Assembly (NCBI GenBank): GCA_050084985.1
Contig: JBITNC010000001.1
Location: forward strand, 144,708,001 to 144,772,000
DNA: 64,000 nucleotides
Reading direction: 5' to 3'
Origin: Nageia nagi
Taxonomy: Eukaryota; Plantae; Pinophyta
Shown here piece after piece: positions 1-11,053 of the stretch; the stretch's first letter is position 1, and each line of letters opens with the position of its first letter. Position numbers and translations under genes: made by a program. The notes under the pieces are model-generated. The model was not told the DNA's origin. It did not search any database and was given only the letters and a program-made list of their open reading frames with translations.

Positions 1-2887
1 CCTCCTCCCAAGCCCTATTTTATATAGGTGATTTGGCTTTCTGAGATTTGTTATTATGATGTTGGATTTGGTTGGATACTTCTTGGCTGGGGGATTCACC
101 AACCATGAAGGATGCTATGTGGTTTTAAAATATTAGTTGTAATAAATGTTAGGCGTTATTACTGATGCAATTTCTTTGAAATTCTTGATCCCAACTTGAA
201 CAATGAATTAAAAAAATATTGTTATTTTTGACTTTGATTTAAGGATTTCTAGGTCCTTTGTGGGTTAAAAAGAAAATAGATAAACCCTATAGGCCTTAAA
301 CTATATCCCTAAAAATGTTATAGACGTACTCAATTTAAATGCTATCAACACCTTAAGAAGAATTAAGCGGTATATTGAAATAAAGGGGGTTTGGTGCTCC
401 CTCTTCAACACGGACCTGATACCATGCTCTCCATTTGAGTTACAGATTTTTGAGTTCCATCTTAAGTTGAGTAGAAGCAAGGTCATGCTTCTTTTAGTGT
501 TGTAAATCTCCCGTGTTCCTCTCTGTCATCTGGCTAAACCCAAACTTCATCATTACCTCCAATTTACATACTTGTCCTTCCATGATGTAGGGGGTTTAGT
601 AATTACAACTCATAGAAATTTGGTCCTGAATGTGCTGAGCGGGAGCCAAATTGAAGTGTTCATCCCTTTCTATTTGGAAGGTTTTATGTGCTGTGGGTAT
701 TTACTATTTTGTAATCACATCACAAACAAACGTTTTGTGTAGACTTTTGGAAATAAGATGAATCTTCGGTGAGTAGAATTGTGTGTGTGAGTACCCTGAG
801 CCCAATTACCTCTTTATTAGCCTACTGTGTGTTGCTTTGCTCATTTTGTAGGCAGGAATAGTGTTGTTGGAATTGGTTGGATGCTTAGTCTTTCTTATTT
901 TGCTCAAAGGATCCCATATGAGCATTGTAGCTACCATTTTTTCTATATGTTTATAACCCAGATGTTTGCTTGGAGCCTGCTTAGAGACTTTTCTTCTTGT
1001 TTGTCAGTATTCCGTATGAGCTTTGTTCGTAATGCTGAGCATTGTATGGAAACAGGTTTACAGAGTGGTAAATGCTGTAACAGTAAAACTGCTTACTTTA
1101 ATAAGTAATGGTATTAAATTATTAATATACCACATCATCACTCATAGATTCAAGATAATATAGCATTACATAACGATCCTGCATTCTCAGGAGGATTATT
1201 AGTCATGAGATTTAAATGCATTCGGCACAGTCAAAATCATGAATAGTGATCAATGGCATGATCATACCTTTGCTGTGTATGGAAATGATTTGAATATTGA
1301 AGGCAGCATCCAGCATCATTATGGTAAATGATTAGCAGGAAAAGCCAATTCATTCTGCATGACTTCATCTTTTTTTAGATTTAGAAGAGGAGAACATTTG
1401 ATCATATCATGCTTTCAGATTTAGAAGGTATAGCACATATATGAGAATAATACTTGGATTTCAGTAGCATTGGATGCATACTGGAATGTATATAGCATTG
1501 TCATAATTGTATATAACTTATATACCAGAAAGCATGTTGTAGCCATTTGGGAAATGGAATCATGCTGAACTGCTTTATCTGCATCAGAAAATTGAGCATG
1601 ACATATTACATTACTAAAGGATGGGAATATCCTTGAGCTGGTTTGGTTAACCTTACATTTGTAATGCATGATTTGTAGATCATTCCACATACTGTACGGT
1701 TGATTATAAAAGAGGTCCACTATCCAGGGACATTATTGATATCTCATGTAGAATTCCAAGCTTGGGGGTGCTTTTGGTGAGGGAACCTACGGTTGGGAAA
1801 AGAGCTTTGGGAATGAAGCTAGTTTTTAAAGAAATCTAGGACATCATTTATTCTGTTTCTATATTTCTATGCTAAAAGCATGAATGCTATTAAAGGTATG
1901 ATACTCAGTGCATGACTATCAGAAGAATATTATTAAATAGAGTAATACAATATCATTCATGATATAGGATAGATGGCATATAGTGCATAAAATTATGAGT
2001 ATTGCACTAATATCTCATTCTAGAGGAATTGGAATACACTTTTTATTTGGGCATAATACACATTAATACTTATATGCATATCTGTAGAATTGCAGTTCAC
2101 CATTATTGCATGAGCAGTTTTATTTGCACAGTTGAAATCATGTGGATGCAATTTATCGATTGGAACGATAAGGTTCCTGGTTGATTGTTGTGAGATTGGG
2201 AGAATCTCATGTTTTATTGCATCAATAATACTGTATCCTCTTAAGTTGCATTATTGTGTAATTAAAGATGACAGTGACTGCCACTAGTACTCCTTGTTTG
2301 GTCTTTTTTGTTTAGTACTTTATAATTACAATGAATTGTTCTACTATGAGTATTCTAGTGAGTCAAGAATGTTGGCAATAGTGTGCTGTAAGCAAATTGA
2401 TCTAATTTTGCGAAGAATCATATGAGGATATTTTACTTGATTCTCTATGAATGGACTGTTGTAAGCTTGGAACTGTTACGCTTTGGTAGTTGTTTGCTAT
2501 ATGGATAGTCAGAGAATGTTTGCAAATATGAGATTGAAAAGCATAGTGATATGAAAACTATCATCTCCTTACATTCTCACCTGATAATAATTAATGTCAC
2601 GTTTATGTGAAATCAAATGCACATATCGGTAGATTCTCATCTATGTGTGAAAGTTTGCATTACTTGATTTGCTGATTTGTTTATATGTTGCAATGACTTC
2701 TGAACTTGATCTGCTTACTCTATTACTCTATAAAAAGAATGAATACTCTGCTTCCTTATTTTTTTCATTTTTTTCAGTAAGAAATGTTCTAGCTGAATTG
2801 CCCCTCTGCTTAATGAACTTCATTACGGATAGAGTCTACGAAATAAGTTGGATTATTATCATATATATAATATTCAAATTCTGGCAT

Positions 2888-3129
2888 CCTCAAGGGCACA
2901 ACATGATGGTTAAATGCTTCGATTTGCCTCTGGGAGGTCTCAAGTTTGAAGCACTCTGGTTGATCCAACGAAATCGTAGCAAGGCTTCGATTCAGCTTCG
3001 GTTTGGCTACAGTCGAAATATCTGTCCATAGCTGCCAGGTGGATGGAAGAGACTTTAAGTTTAAACATTTACCCTACTGGCAGCCATGAGGGGTTTCCTA
3101 GAACAGTTTGCCTCACGATCATACCCATT
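2888..3129 (+). mobile_element. tRNA-derived SINE (~240 bp)
   Basis: Perfect 12-bp TSD AAATTCTGGCAT at 2876-2887 and 3130-3141. Degenerate A box (GGGCACAACATGATGG) and B box (AGTTTGAAGC after GAGGTCTC) with tRNA-like spacing. GC-richer than the flanks; ends in a short ATT. Confidence 0.75.
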
Positions 3130-5212
3130 AAATTCTGGCATTTGTTTTATAAAGGTTGCATACAAGAGTAGGGATTTCTATTAAAATGTAGTAGTAGTTA
3201 TTTAAGAAAACCTATGGGATGGAATGCTTTTCTACTGTGTATAGCATGAATTGCCACCATAGCCCTTTTATTGCTAAACTTTCATAATGCTTAAATTGCT
3301 TGGAAATAGAATCTTTGTTTTGGTACAGAACTGCCAATTCATTTATGTAGAAGAGATTTTAAGCTATTCCCATGATATTAAATGGTTTTGAATTATGTAT
3401 TTCTGGAAATCTAGAAGATATGATGAACATCTGCAAAGAGTATACTTAACAGTAAACCAGAAATAGCAATAGAAGATATCAGTGATCTTTAATTTCTGAT
3501 ATCTCTTGTGTCTTCTAATTTTTATTTCTTACTAAATTTAATTATTGAAAATGTTATTTAACTTCTTGAGAAGTTATATAACATTGATTTGATAACATTC
3601 TTTGAAATTGCGTCATAGGAGCATTAGAATATTGAATTTCTGTAATTGAATTGATTTATTAAATGTGTTGCAGCGACTTTATTTTGCAGACAATGTAAGA
3701 AATTGCATTGTTATGCAATAAGTTGCAGTAAGAATACCCTGCTGATTTTAGTACTGGTGTATCTTTTGTACTATAATCATTGAATTAAGATACAGTAGGT
3801 AGACAAGGTGACAATCTGTATGATGTGTTTTACCTATCGGAAGGTCATGTGTTTGGGCTAGGACTTGCAAAGATGTTTGTGAGACTTTGAATTTTGATAT
3901 CCAGGAACATGATATTATATCACCTTGTAATATTGAAATTGGTTCTCATCTTTATCTCTATGTCGTCTCATTCATAATAGAATGAGATAATTGGTGGTTC
4001 ACTTGAATGTTGAGGAGAACATTGTTTGTATGCTACAGTGATGCTGATCTACTATGGACATGATTTAGATATATTGCTGATGAAAATGTGACTGTCTACT
4101 GTCTAGTAGTCAATATGAAAAGATAGTGAACCAATAACAATAATGCATGGGTATCAAACATCACCAGTTAATTCCGTAGGTAAATTTGTGAACCCATAGT
4201 AAGGGTAGCAAATATACGGTAAAGTGGATATTTAAACATAGGTATTTGGATTCCTATGAACCTGTTCGTAAAAGGTTGGGGAGGGAGGGCATCTTGAGTT
4301 TTAACAAAAAAAACTATTCTTTCTCTCCTAGAAAAATATGCCTCTTGAATTTAGGGGGAAATTAGTTGAATAGTCCACCCACTAATAGATACACCCTTGT
4401 ATTCCTTAAAGGAATGACAAGGTTGATGAACTCGTCAATAATAGTTAAACTTCCGGCTTAGTGGAAACCGTGTTTTTATATGATAACATCTTCACCTTGA
4501 TTCTATATGGGTAAGCAAGTTGTAAACTGGGGCTTAATGCTTATAACCTCGGATACTATTATTATAGGTGTTGAACCTATAGAGGAAAGGGTATAACTCC
4601 TTATAAGATTGAGATTCTTGTAGTAAAAAAAATCCCCTGTCGAGCTATAATGAGATGGGGCTCAAGAGAGAGTTTCTTACAGATGATCTCTGCTTTCTCG
4701 ACTTTCAATCACAATAATATGTATGTCACTTTCAAACAATATTTATGACGTTTAAAATTGAAAAGTATTATATGTTTCTTTCAAATACTCATAAAGAGTT
4801 GTCAGATGTTAAATTAATGTTCTTAGGCAAACTTGTTGAAAGAAAACTCATGTATGAATCTTTACTTTAACTCAAACAGATGGAATTCTAATCATTACCC
4901 TCTATTAGTACTCTATATGTTTTCACAAAGAAGAGTCTAAGAGATAGCTCAAGCATCTGTATGACAAGCTGTTACAAGCATTTGAAAAGTCCAATATTCT
5001 GTCGCTTACAAGTGCTCCAACTTTAAGAAAGTTGCAAAATACAGTGACACGATACTTTCTTTAAAGGCCATATATCCACAACAGATTTTGAAAGAAAATT
5101 TATCTTCCATATAGACAATTTGAACAAAATAGGTAATAGACATTTCTTTCCATATTTACCTAATTATATATCAAACTAAAAACCAGCAATCTCAAAGGGA
5201 TAAGAAACTTAC

Positions 5213-5293
5213 TTGAACTTGTTTAAAAATCTCCCTCCTTGCATCTAAATTTGAAATAGCAGGAGAATACATAATTTCAAAAAAGACTCCCCG
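5213..5293 (-). CDS. RPP30: RPP30 coding exon 3 (RGVFFEIMYSPAISNLDARREIFKQVQ); gene continues beyond the window or is truncated
   Basis: tttgcag| acceptor and CAA|gtaagt donor; 81 nt in frame; conserved RG(V/I)xFEIxYS...RR motif. Confidence 0.93.
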
Positions 5294-5466
5294 CTGCAAA
5301 CAGACAACAACATTTACATTGAGATAAAGCATTACTCTGTTACCATTGTTTCCCAAATCCCAAGTCCTCTTTGTAATTATGCCCATAGGTCAGGCTGTCT
5401 AGAAGACAACCCCACATGAATAAAAATAGTATATGATTCAAAACATTTAGTCCTCAGAGAACTAAC

Positions 5467-5544
5467 CTCCACTGCAGCTCTAATAGCTGAAAATGTCATG
5501 TGTAAGGGAAGCTTCCGACTGAAGTCTATTGATATCAGGTCAAC
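5467..5544 (-). CDS. RPP30: RPP30 coding exon 2 (VDLISIDFSRKLPLHMTFSAIRAAVE)
   Basis: ttttagcag| acceptor and GAG|gttagt donor; 78 nt in frame; contains the conserved VD(L/I)ISIDF..KLP motif. Confidence 0.93.
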
Positions 5545-5768
5545 CTGCTAAAACTGATAAGTGCTAAGAAAACAGATGATTGAAATATATATACAAGCTT
5601 TTCAAAGGATATTAAAAAAAACAATAAATTTCTACTTTAAAAGGAGATGCAATAAATGCGACTTCATTTTTCTAAAACATCCTATTGATATTTCTCCCTG
5701 CTAGCCAGTTTTCCTTCATTCCTATTGTTTATTTTATATCTACTATATTTATACCATGCATCTATGTA

Positions 5769-6237
5769 TAGGTACATAACTAATGGCCAGGATTTCATGC
5801 TCCAATTTGTTATGCCAATTCCTTGTTTCTCATCGAAAAAATTTAACGTACTGATCCAGAAATTTTCAATCAAGGGTTGGGGAACAAGACGGATTGTAAT
5901 TTAAAGATGAATTTGTTGTGGCAAATATTCTTAAAATTTTAGCGGACTGGCCCTGGGTTTGGAGTACATAATCTAATTTGATGGGTTAAAATCAGGAAAT
6001 TAGGTACATAACAAATGGCCAGGATTTCATGCTCCAATTTGTTATGCCAATTCCTTGTTTCTTATCAAAAAATTCTAACATACTGATCCAGAAATTTTCA
6101 ACAAAAGGGTTAGGGAACAATACTTATTGTAATTTAAAAATGAATTTGTTGTGGCAAATATTCTTAAAATTTTAGCGGACTGATGCCCAGGGTTTGGAGT
6201 ACATAATAATATTGATGGGTCAAAATCAGGAAATTAG
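5769..6237. repeat. Tandem duplication, 2 x ~232 bp, in RPP30 intron 1
   Basis: TAGGTACATAAC...AAAATCAGGAAAT occurs at 5769-6000 and 6001-6234 with scattered differences. Confidence 0.95.
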
Positions 6238-6799
6238 TTTGAACGGATCAAAGTCGGATCCATCTACTGTCAAGGATCTGTACAAGCAAGTTCTGGCCAT
6301 GGATGGATGGCTCCCAAATAGAGACTTACCATGATGGAAAGTTTAAATCAAGGAGGATCCGCCCAAGACCAATGCTATATTATGCCTTGGATCTAACAGA
6401 AAACTCTTACTCATGATACCCTTGACAGACATTTATTTCAGAGGCCCTCAAGAGGTGTCTTAAAATTTAAATCAAGAAGGTTCCGCCCAAGTCCAATGCT
6501 TTAACCAATCAGGTTAGAGAACCGTTAAAGTACACAGAAGGAACATGATTTTTCTTCGACAATGATTTTTTGAAAAATACCCAGGCACATAGGCTAAATC
6601 TGTTGGTTATCCATCCATAGTCAGAAGTGAAACTTAAAAAAGAAAATCACTCCCCTATTTCCAGCCATACTGGATATTGGCAGATGTTAACTACAGGATC
6701 CTTGAGCATTATTAAATTCACTAGTGCAATGGATTCATTTCTATGGAGGTACAGGGTATCCATCTCTCTCCATACTTGCCAAATCAGAGTTCAGTATGT

Positions 6800-6926
6800 C
6801 TGGAATACACTTTATTAATTTGTCAATATATATTAATTGTATTTGTGTTGTATCTTTAATCCTGGAATACACTTTATTAATTTGTCAATATATATTAATT
6901 GTATTTGTGTTGTATCTTTAATCCTG
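6800..6926. repeat. Perfect tandem duplication, 2 x 62 bp, in RPP30 intron 1
   Basis: CTGGAATACACTTTATTAATTTGTC...TATCTTTAATC at 6800-6861 and 6862-6923, identical by eye. Confidence 0.95.
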
Positions 6927-7501
6927 CAGAGGAAGTTTTGTTAGCCTTTTCTATATATCATTTTTGTTCATTACAACACTTGAATTCATCCTAGAGTTTG
7001 CCAAGATATTACTCATCTTTTTGCAATGTAGCCGGGTCCAACATCTTCAACCAATATTACTTGTGTTGGCTGGTAATCCACATCTTGAACTGCTCTTAAC
7101 ACCTAATGCACTCTCTGTTTTTCTTATTCAATATCCATGTCTTTCTTTCTGAGAACCTTGGGATTCTCCTCTTCTATGTGCCCACCTCAATCAAATTTGT
7201 TGGTTTAGTTTGAGGCTCGCCCTGTCTGTGCAAAATTTTCACTTTATGTTTCCAACATTGTACCTTAAGACAACCATTGGCACTTTGGGCAATATGGGTC
7301 TTTCAGTTTATGCTGTTCTTACATCTCCTGCTTGTTATAGAAGGTTATGTCCTTAGCATTTGTTGCTTTTTTTTGGGTTTATTCTTAAAGATTGACTGAA
7401 CACACGCATACATAGATAGGTGGAGATACAGAGAGAAATATAAAACAAAAACCCAAAAAAAAACACATATCCTGATAAAATTAAGGTAATGAAAGACCGA
7501 C

Positions 7502-7933
7502 CTCCAATTTCCGACAGGCATGGTCAAAAATCTCTTGATTTTTGGGATGAATGGCGACCAAATCATATGTACGCAGCACCGGATGGTTAGGATTAACCGA
7601 AGCCGCTTGCAGCATGCTGTCCACGCCTACAGTTATTCTACTGTACTGCCTGAACGTGTCTCCCACAGGAACCCCCAATACCTGCCTGTGAAACTTCACA
7701 GTCTCCGCCAATGATGGAGAAGCCTCTAGAAGGGATGACAACGGCAGGGGAGTTATTGAGCTCCGATGGGAGTCGGCTAAAACTCCTAATACAAAGAGAT
7801 TGTAAGCTATGCCGCTGAAGCCTAGCTCCATTGCCTTCACCACCCGTTTCAGTCTGGATTCCTTTAATGCTTGCGAGCCCAGATCGTCTTTTGATTCAGC
7901 TCCTACTGGAATGTTCAGATCAAAGAACGCCAT
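7502..7933 (-). CDS. RPP30: RNase P/MRP subunit p30 (RPP30/GAF1-like), coding exon 1 (144 codons)
   Basis: ATG at 7933. MAFFDLNIP...KAMELGFSGIAYN...FHRQVLGVP...FRQYSRITV...LRTYDLVAIHPKNQEIFDHACRKLE matches the plant RPP30 N-terminus as I know it. Ends at a GAG|GTCGGT donor; 432 nt, phase 0. Confidence 0.95.
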
Positions 7934-8017
7934 TTTTTTTTGGCATACAGTGGGATTTCTGATTGAAGATTTTCTTTGTTGGTGAACTGGGAATCCCAAA
8001 GGTTTTCTGATGGCTAT

Positions 8018-8062
8018 AGTAGGGTTCTTTTAAGGGTTTAACAAAAAGAAATTATATATAGG
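8018..8062 (-). promoter_or_regulatory. Putative RPP30 core promoter: TATA-like box followed by telo-box-like motifs
   Basis: Minus strand reads CCCTATATATAAT (~8051-8063), then TAAACCCTT and GAACCCTA (8020-8040), 90-130 bp upstream of the ATG. Telo-boxes (AAACCCTA) are typical of plant ribosome-biogenesis gene promoters. Confidence 0.4.
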
Positions 8063-9807
8063 GAAAGTAAAAGTATGTACGTTTTATAGATTATAAATAT
8101 ATATACGATTTATATTTTGGAATTAGATTTTTTTGTTTGAAGGTTTTTTTGAAAGTTCTATTAAATATTTAATATATAAAAGAAAGAGTTTTTATATTTA
8201 TTTTCTTTTTAATTGAATTTTGTAATATATCATTGATATGTGAAGGGGAAGATTTTTTGAAATTAGATCTCTCTATTAATTAAAAGTTGAGAGTTTTTAC
8301 ATCAATTTTCTCTTCAACTCTTTTAATATAATTTGAAATTATATTGAAAAAAAATATAATCTATTTGATCTAGTTGAATAATCATATTATAACATTAAAG
8401 TATGGTAAATTTGATATAAACTTTAATTAACATTTTTGTAATTGTTTATTATTTATTAAATTTTATTAAGAGCTTTCATCATGCATTAAGAAATAATGTA
8501 TTTTCAAATTATCATAAGCATTTTAGAATTATCTCTCAATAATTTAGAAATGTTCATCATTGTTTATTTTTCTTGATACATCGTTTAAAGAATATTAAAA
8601 TAAGTGACCAATGATTGTGAAGTAAGTGAATCTTTAACCCATAAGATTTAAGATCATGAACACAATGATTTAATGTTTATATTTCATTACAATATGATCT
8701 AATATCATTGCAAAGCTATAAGCCCAAGATAAACCATGAATTTGAACATTATCATAATAATTAAGTACCATTTTTCATTTTTTTTACTAATAGGTAAATT
8801 ATATTAACAAAAAAAAAATGGCGAGTTTTGTCTGGGTCCCAAAAACTAGTCAAAATGGTTTCATACGAAATTGGTTACCGAGCCATTATTTGTAAATAGC
8901 TAGATAGAATTCATATATTAATGAAACGCAGCCAAAACATAACTTTTCTGTGCAAAAAATTCTTACAAAACATAACTGTAAATATCCAACAACTACCTAA
9001 TACATTTGATATACTATCCAACTACTATCCTTATAAATCAAAACACTATCACATCCCCTTTTTCTTGTATGTCTTACTTCAAGTTGCCTTGCTCCATTGT
9101 CTTCTTCATAATTCTTCGTCATTTGTTCCTTATTGCCATAAAGAATTGCTCTCCATCATCCCCTAGTGAAGACATGTCCATCATGGAATAAAGGGTCCCA
9201 TCTTTAACCCAGGAGATGGAGGTGACATTAATGATTTCAAGTTCCTTATAATGTTCTAGGGTATCAATTGGCTCCTTAGGTTTTAGGGTAGCTTGGATCT
9301 CCTTCTTTGTCTTGTCAATACTCAACGGGAGGAGGTCAGGGTTTGCTCACTATGTGTCTTGTTCTGTGGTGCATTTCCATCCTTTTTCAGGCTTCATTTT
9401 GTTTGGACTTTCTCTTCCTTTGTTCCTTTGGAGGGGGTAGATTCTACCCTAGGTTGTGGTTGGGGGGGTGCTAAGGGGTTTCTTCCTTTTCCACCCTAGA
9501 GGGAGATTTATCTGTTGAAGGAATGGTATTTTCTTTAGAGGAGGTTGGTTGGGTTGGTTGTGTGTTAGTTGCATTTATGGTTGAATCCCTTAAATCCTCA
9601 TCCCTCGAAGAATTTTCTTCCCCAAAACCTTATTATCTACTTTGATGTGATTTTTGTTGGGAAACTTGGGAGGAGGATTATAGGTGTTACCTTTTTTAAT
9701 AGAAGCCCAAGTTTCCATTTGCCTAGTCTTTGGTGTGATTGGTCTTGTCGATTGAGTTGACTCATTTTTCTTGCACTTGTTCATGGGGGGATGAGGGGTG
9801 TCCTTTA

Positions 9808-11053
9808 TGAATGGATTGAAATATAATTAATGCAATCCTAAAATATCAAGATCTCATGGAATCTCATACTAACATCAAAACTTAAGCATAGATAAACTCA
9901 CAAAGTGACTCGAGATATAAAGTGGTTCCTCCAACTAGAAGTACATCCACTAACTAGATCTTACTTCATTCACAAAGACAACTCTCTTACAATTCTCCTA
10001 ACTTCATCTCCTAAACACTATCTTAGAGCATAACTTTGCTTCACAAATTAGTAAGTGATCACAAAGAGGGGGCCTTCTATTTATAGGCCAAAATCTCTCT
10101 TTGGATCACCCTTTTAACCATTATATAAAGGCATGACATGTAACACCCTTTTACCCAAGAGGCATGCTCATGAGATGGAGTGTAGGACAAGTTACATTAT
10201 CATATTCACTTAAATACTTAAAGTATCTAGTGATACCATTAAGTATTAGTAAATTTACAAAGAGAATTATTACAAAACCTTTACAATAATGCATTATACA
10301 TTCCAACACTTCCCTTTAATGCAATATTGGGATAGAGTGAAGAAGACAGAAGAAAGAGAGAGTAAGAGAGTTCTCCTCCAAACATATACAATCAGAGATG
10401 AGAATGTTTTACATCTTTGTGAAATAAACAAGATCTTAGTTTGAGACTCACTACTTTACCATTTTAACAAGTGGTTTACAATACAATCATTAACCATAAT
10501 TAGTTTCAATGTATATAAAGTAGTCATCCAACTAGAAGTCATGATGAGTTTCAATGAGTTTGCACACCTAAAGTAAGTAACATACAATTTCAAAAGAACC
10601 TACAAGTTATAAGTAGCTCAAATATCAAGATCAATTAGATGTACCATATTCATATCAATAAAAATAGATGAATCAAATAAATACCATCATAAACTGATCA
10701 ATGGTGAATTATAAGTCATCACGAGGATGTTAAGCCAATACTCACAGTCACCTATTGTATATGAAACATGTGTTAATTATCATTAGAAGATAGGGCGTAA
10801 CAAAATGCAAATATGAGTTCCTCATACATGGATAATTGAATAGTGCCAAGAGATACATATGAGTTCCTCACATATGGATAACTAAATAGTGCTAGATTAG
10901 CCAATCTTTTACTCTAAAAATTGTACAAGTTCCTCACGTAGAGCGAACTTACCACAAAGGTATACAACAAAATCAATACTATACAATATAAAATCCTCCT
11001 AGGGGTGAAGTTATCATCACAAACATGAATTTAACATAAGAATTCATACTTCA
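9808..11053 (-). repeat. Copia-1 3' LTR: 501-bp core (9808-10308) plus 745-bp upstream extension (10309-11053)
   Basis: The core matches the 5' LTR and follows PPT ATTAAAGGGAAG. The extension starts TGAAG right after PPT CAAGGGAGAG and is homologous to 62754-63460. Confidence 0.8.

Noticed and set aside
534-545. Telomerase RNA template (CTAAACCC)
   Set aside because: Only 8 nt, paired within a stem, with no USE/TATA Pol III promoter or other recognisable TR elements.
2159-2170. 12-nt match to U6 snRNA (ATTGGAACGATA)
   Set aside because: No flanking similarity and no ACAGAGA box; chance match.
2669-3031. 120-aa ORF
   Set aside because: Non-ATG start, intron-like composition, and it runs into the SINE.
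6950-7200. Coding-looking minus-strand stretch in intron 1 (..VLRAVQDVDYQPTQVILVEDVGPGYIAKKM..)
   Set aside because: In-frame stops, no recognisable domain, and exons 1 and 2 already join seamlessly.
7934-7999. N-terminal extension (MGFPVHQQ...) of ORF 7481..7999
   Set aside because: It starts at a TTG; RPP30 homologues begin at M.FFDLNIP, so the ATG at 7933 is preferred. The ORF's last codons run into intron 1.
1-8800. RNase P or MRP RNA gene linked to RPP30
   Set aside because: No CR-I/CR-V (GGAAAGTCC-type) motifs seen. Land plants use protein-only PRORP for RNase P, so RPP30 here most likely serves RNase MRP.
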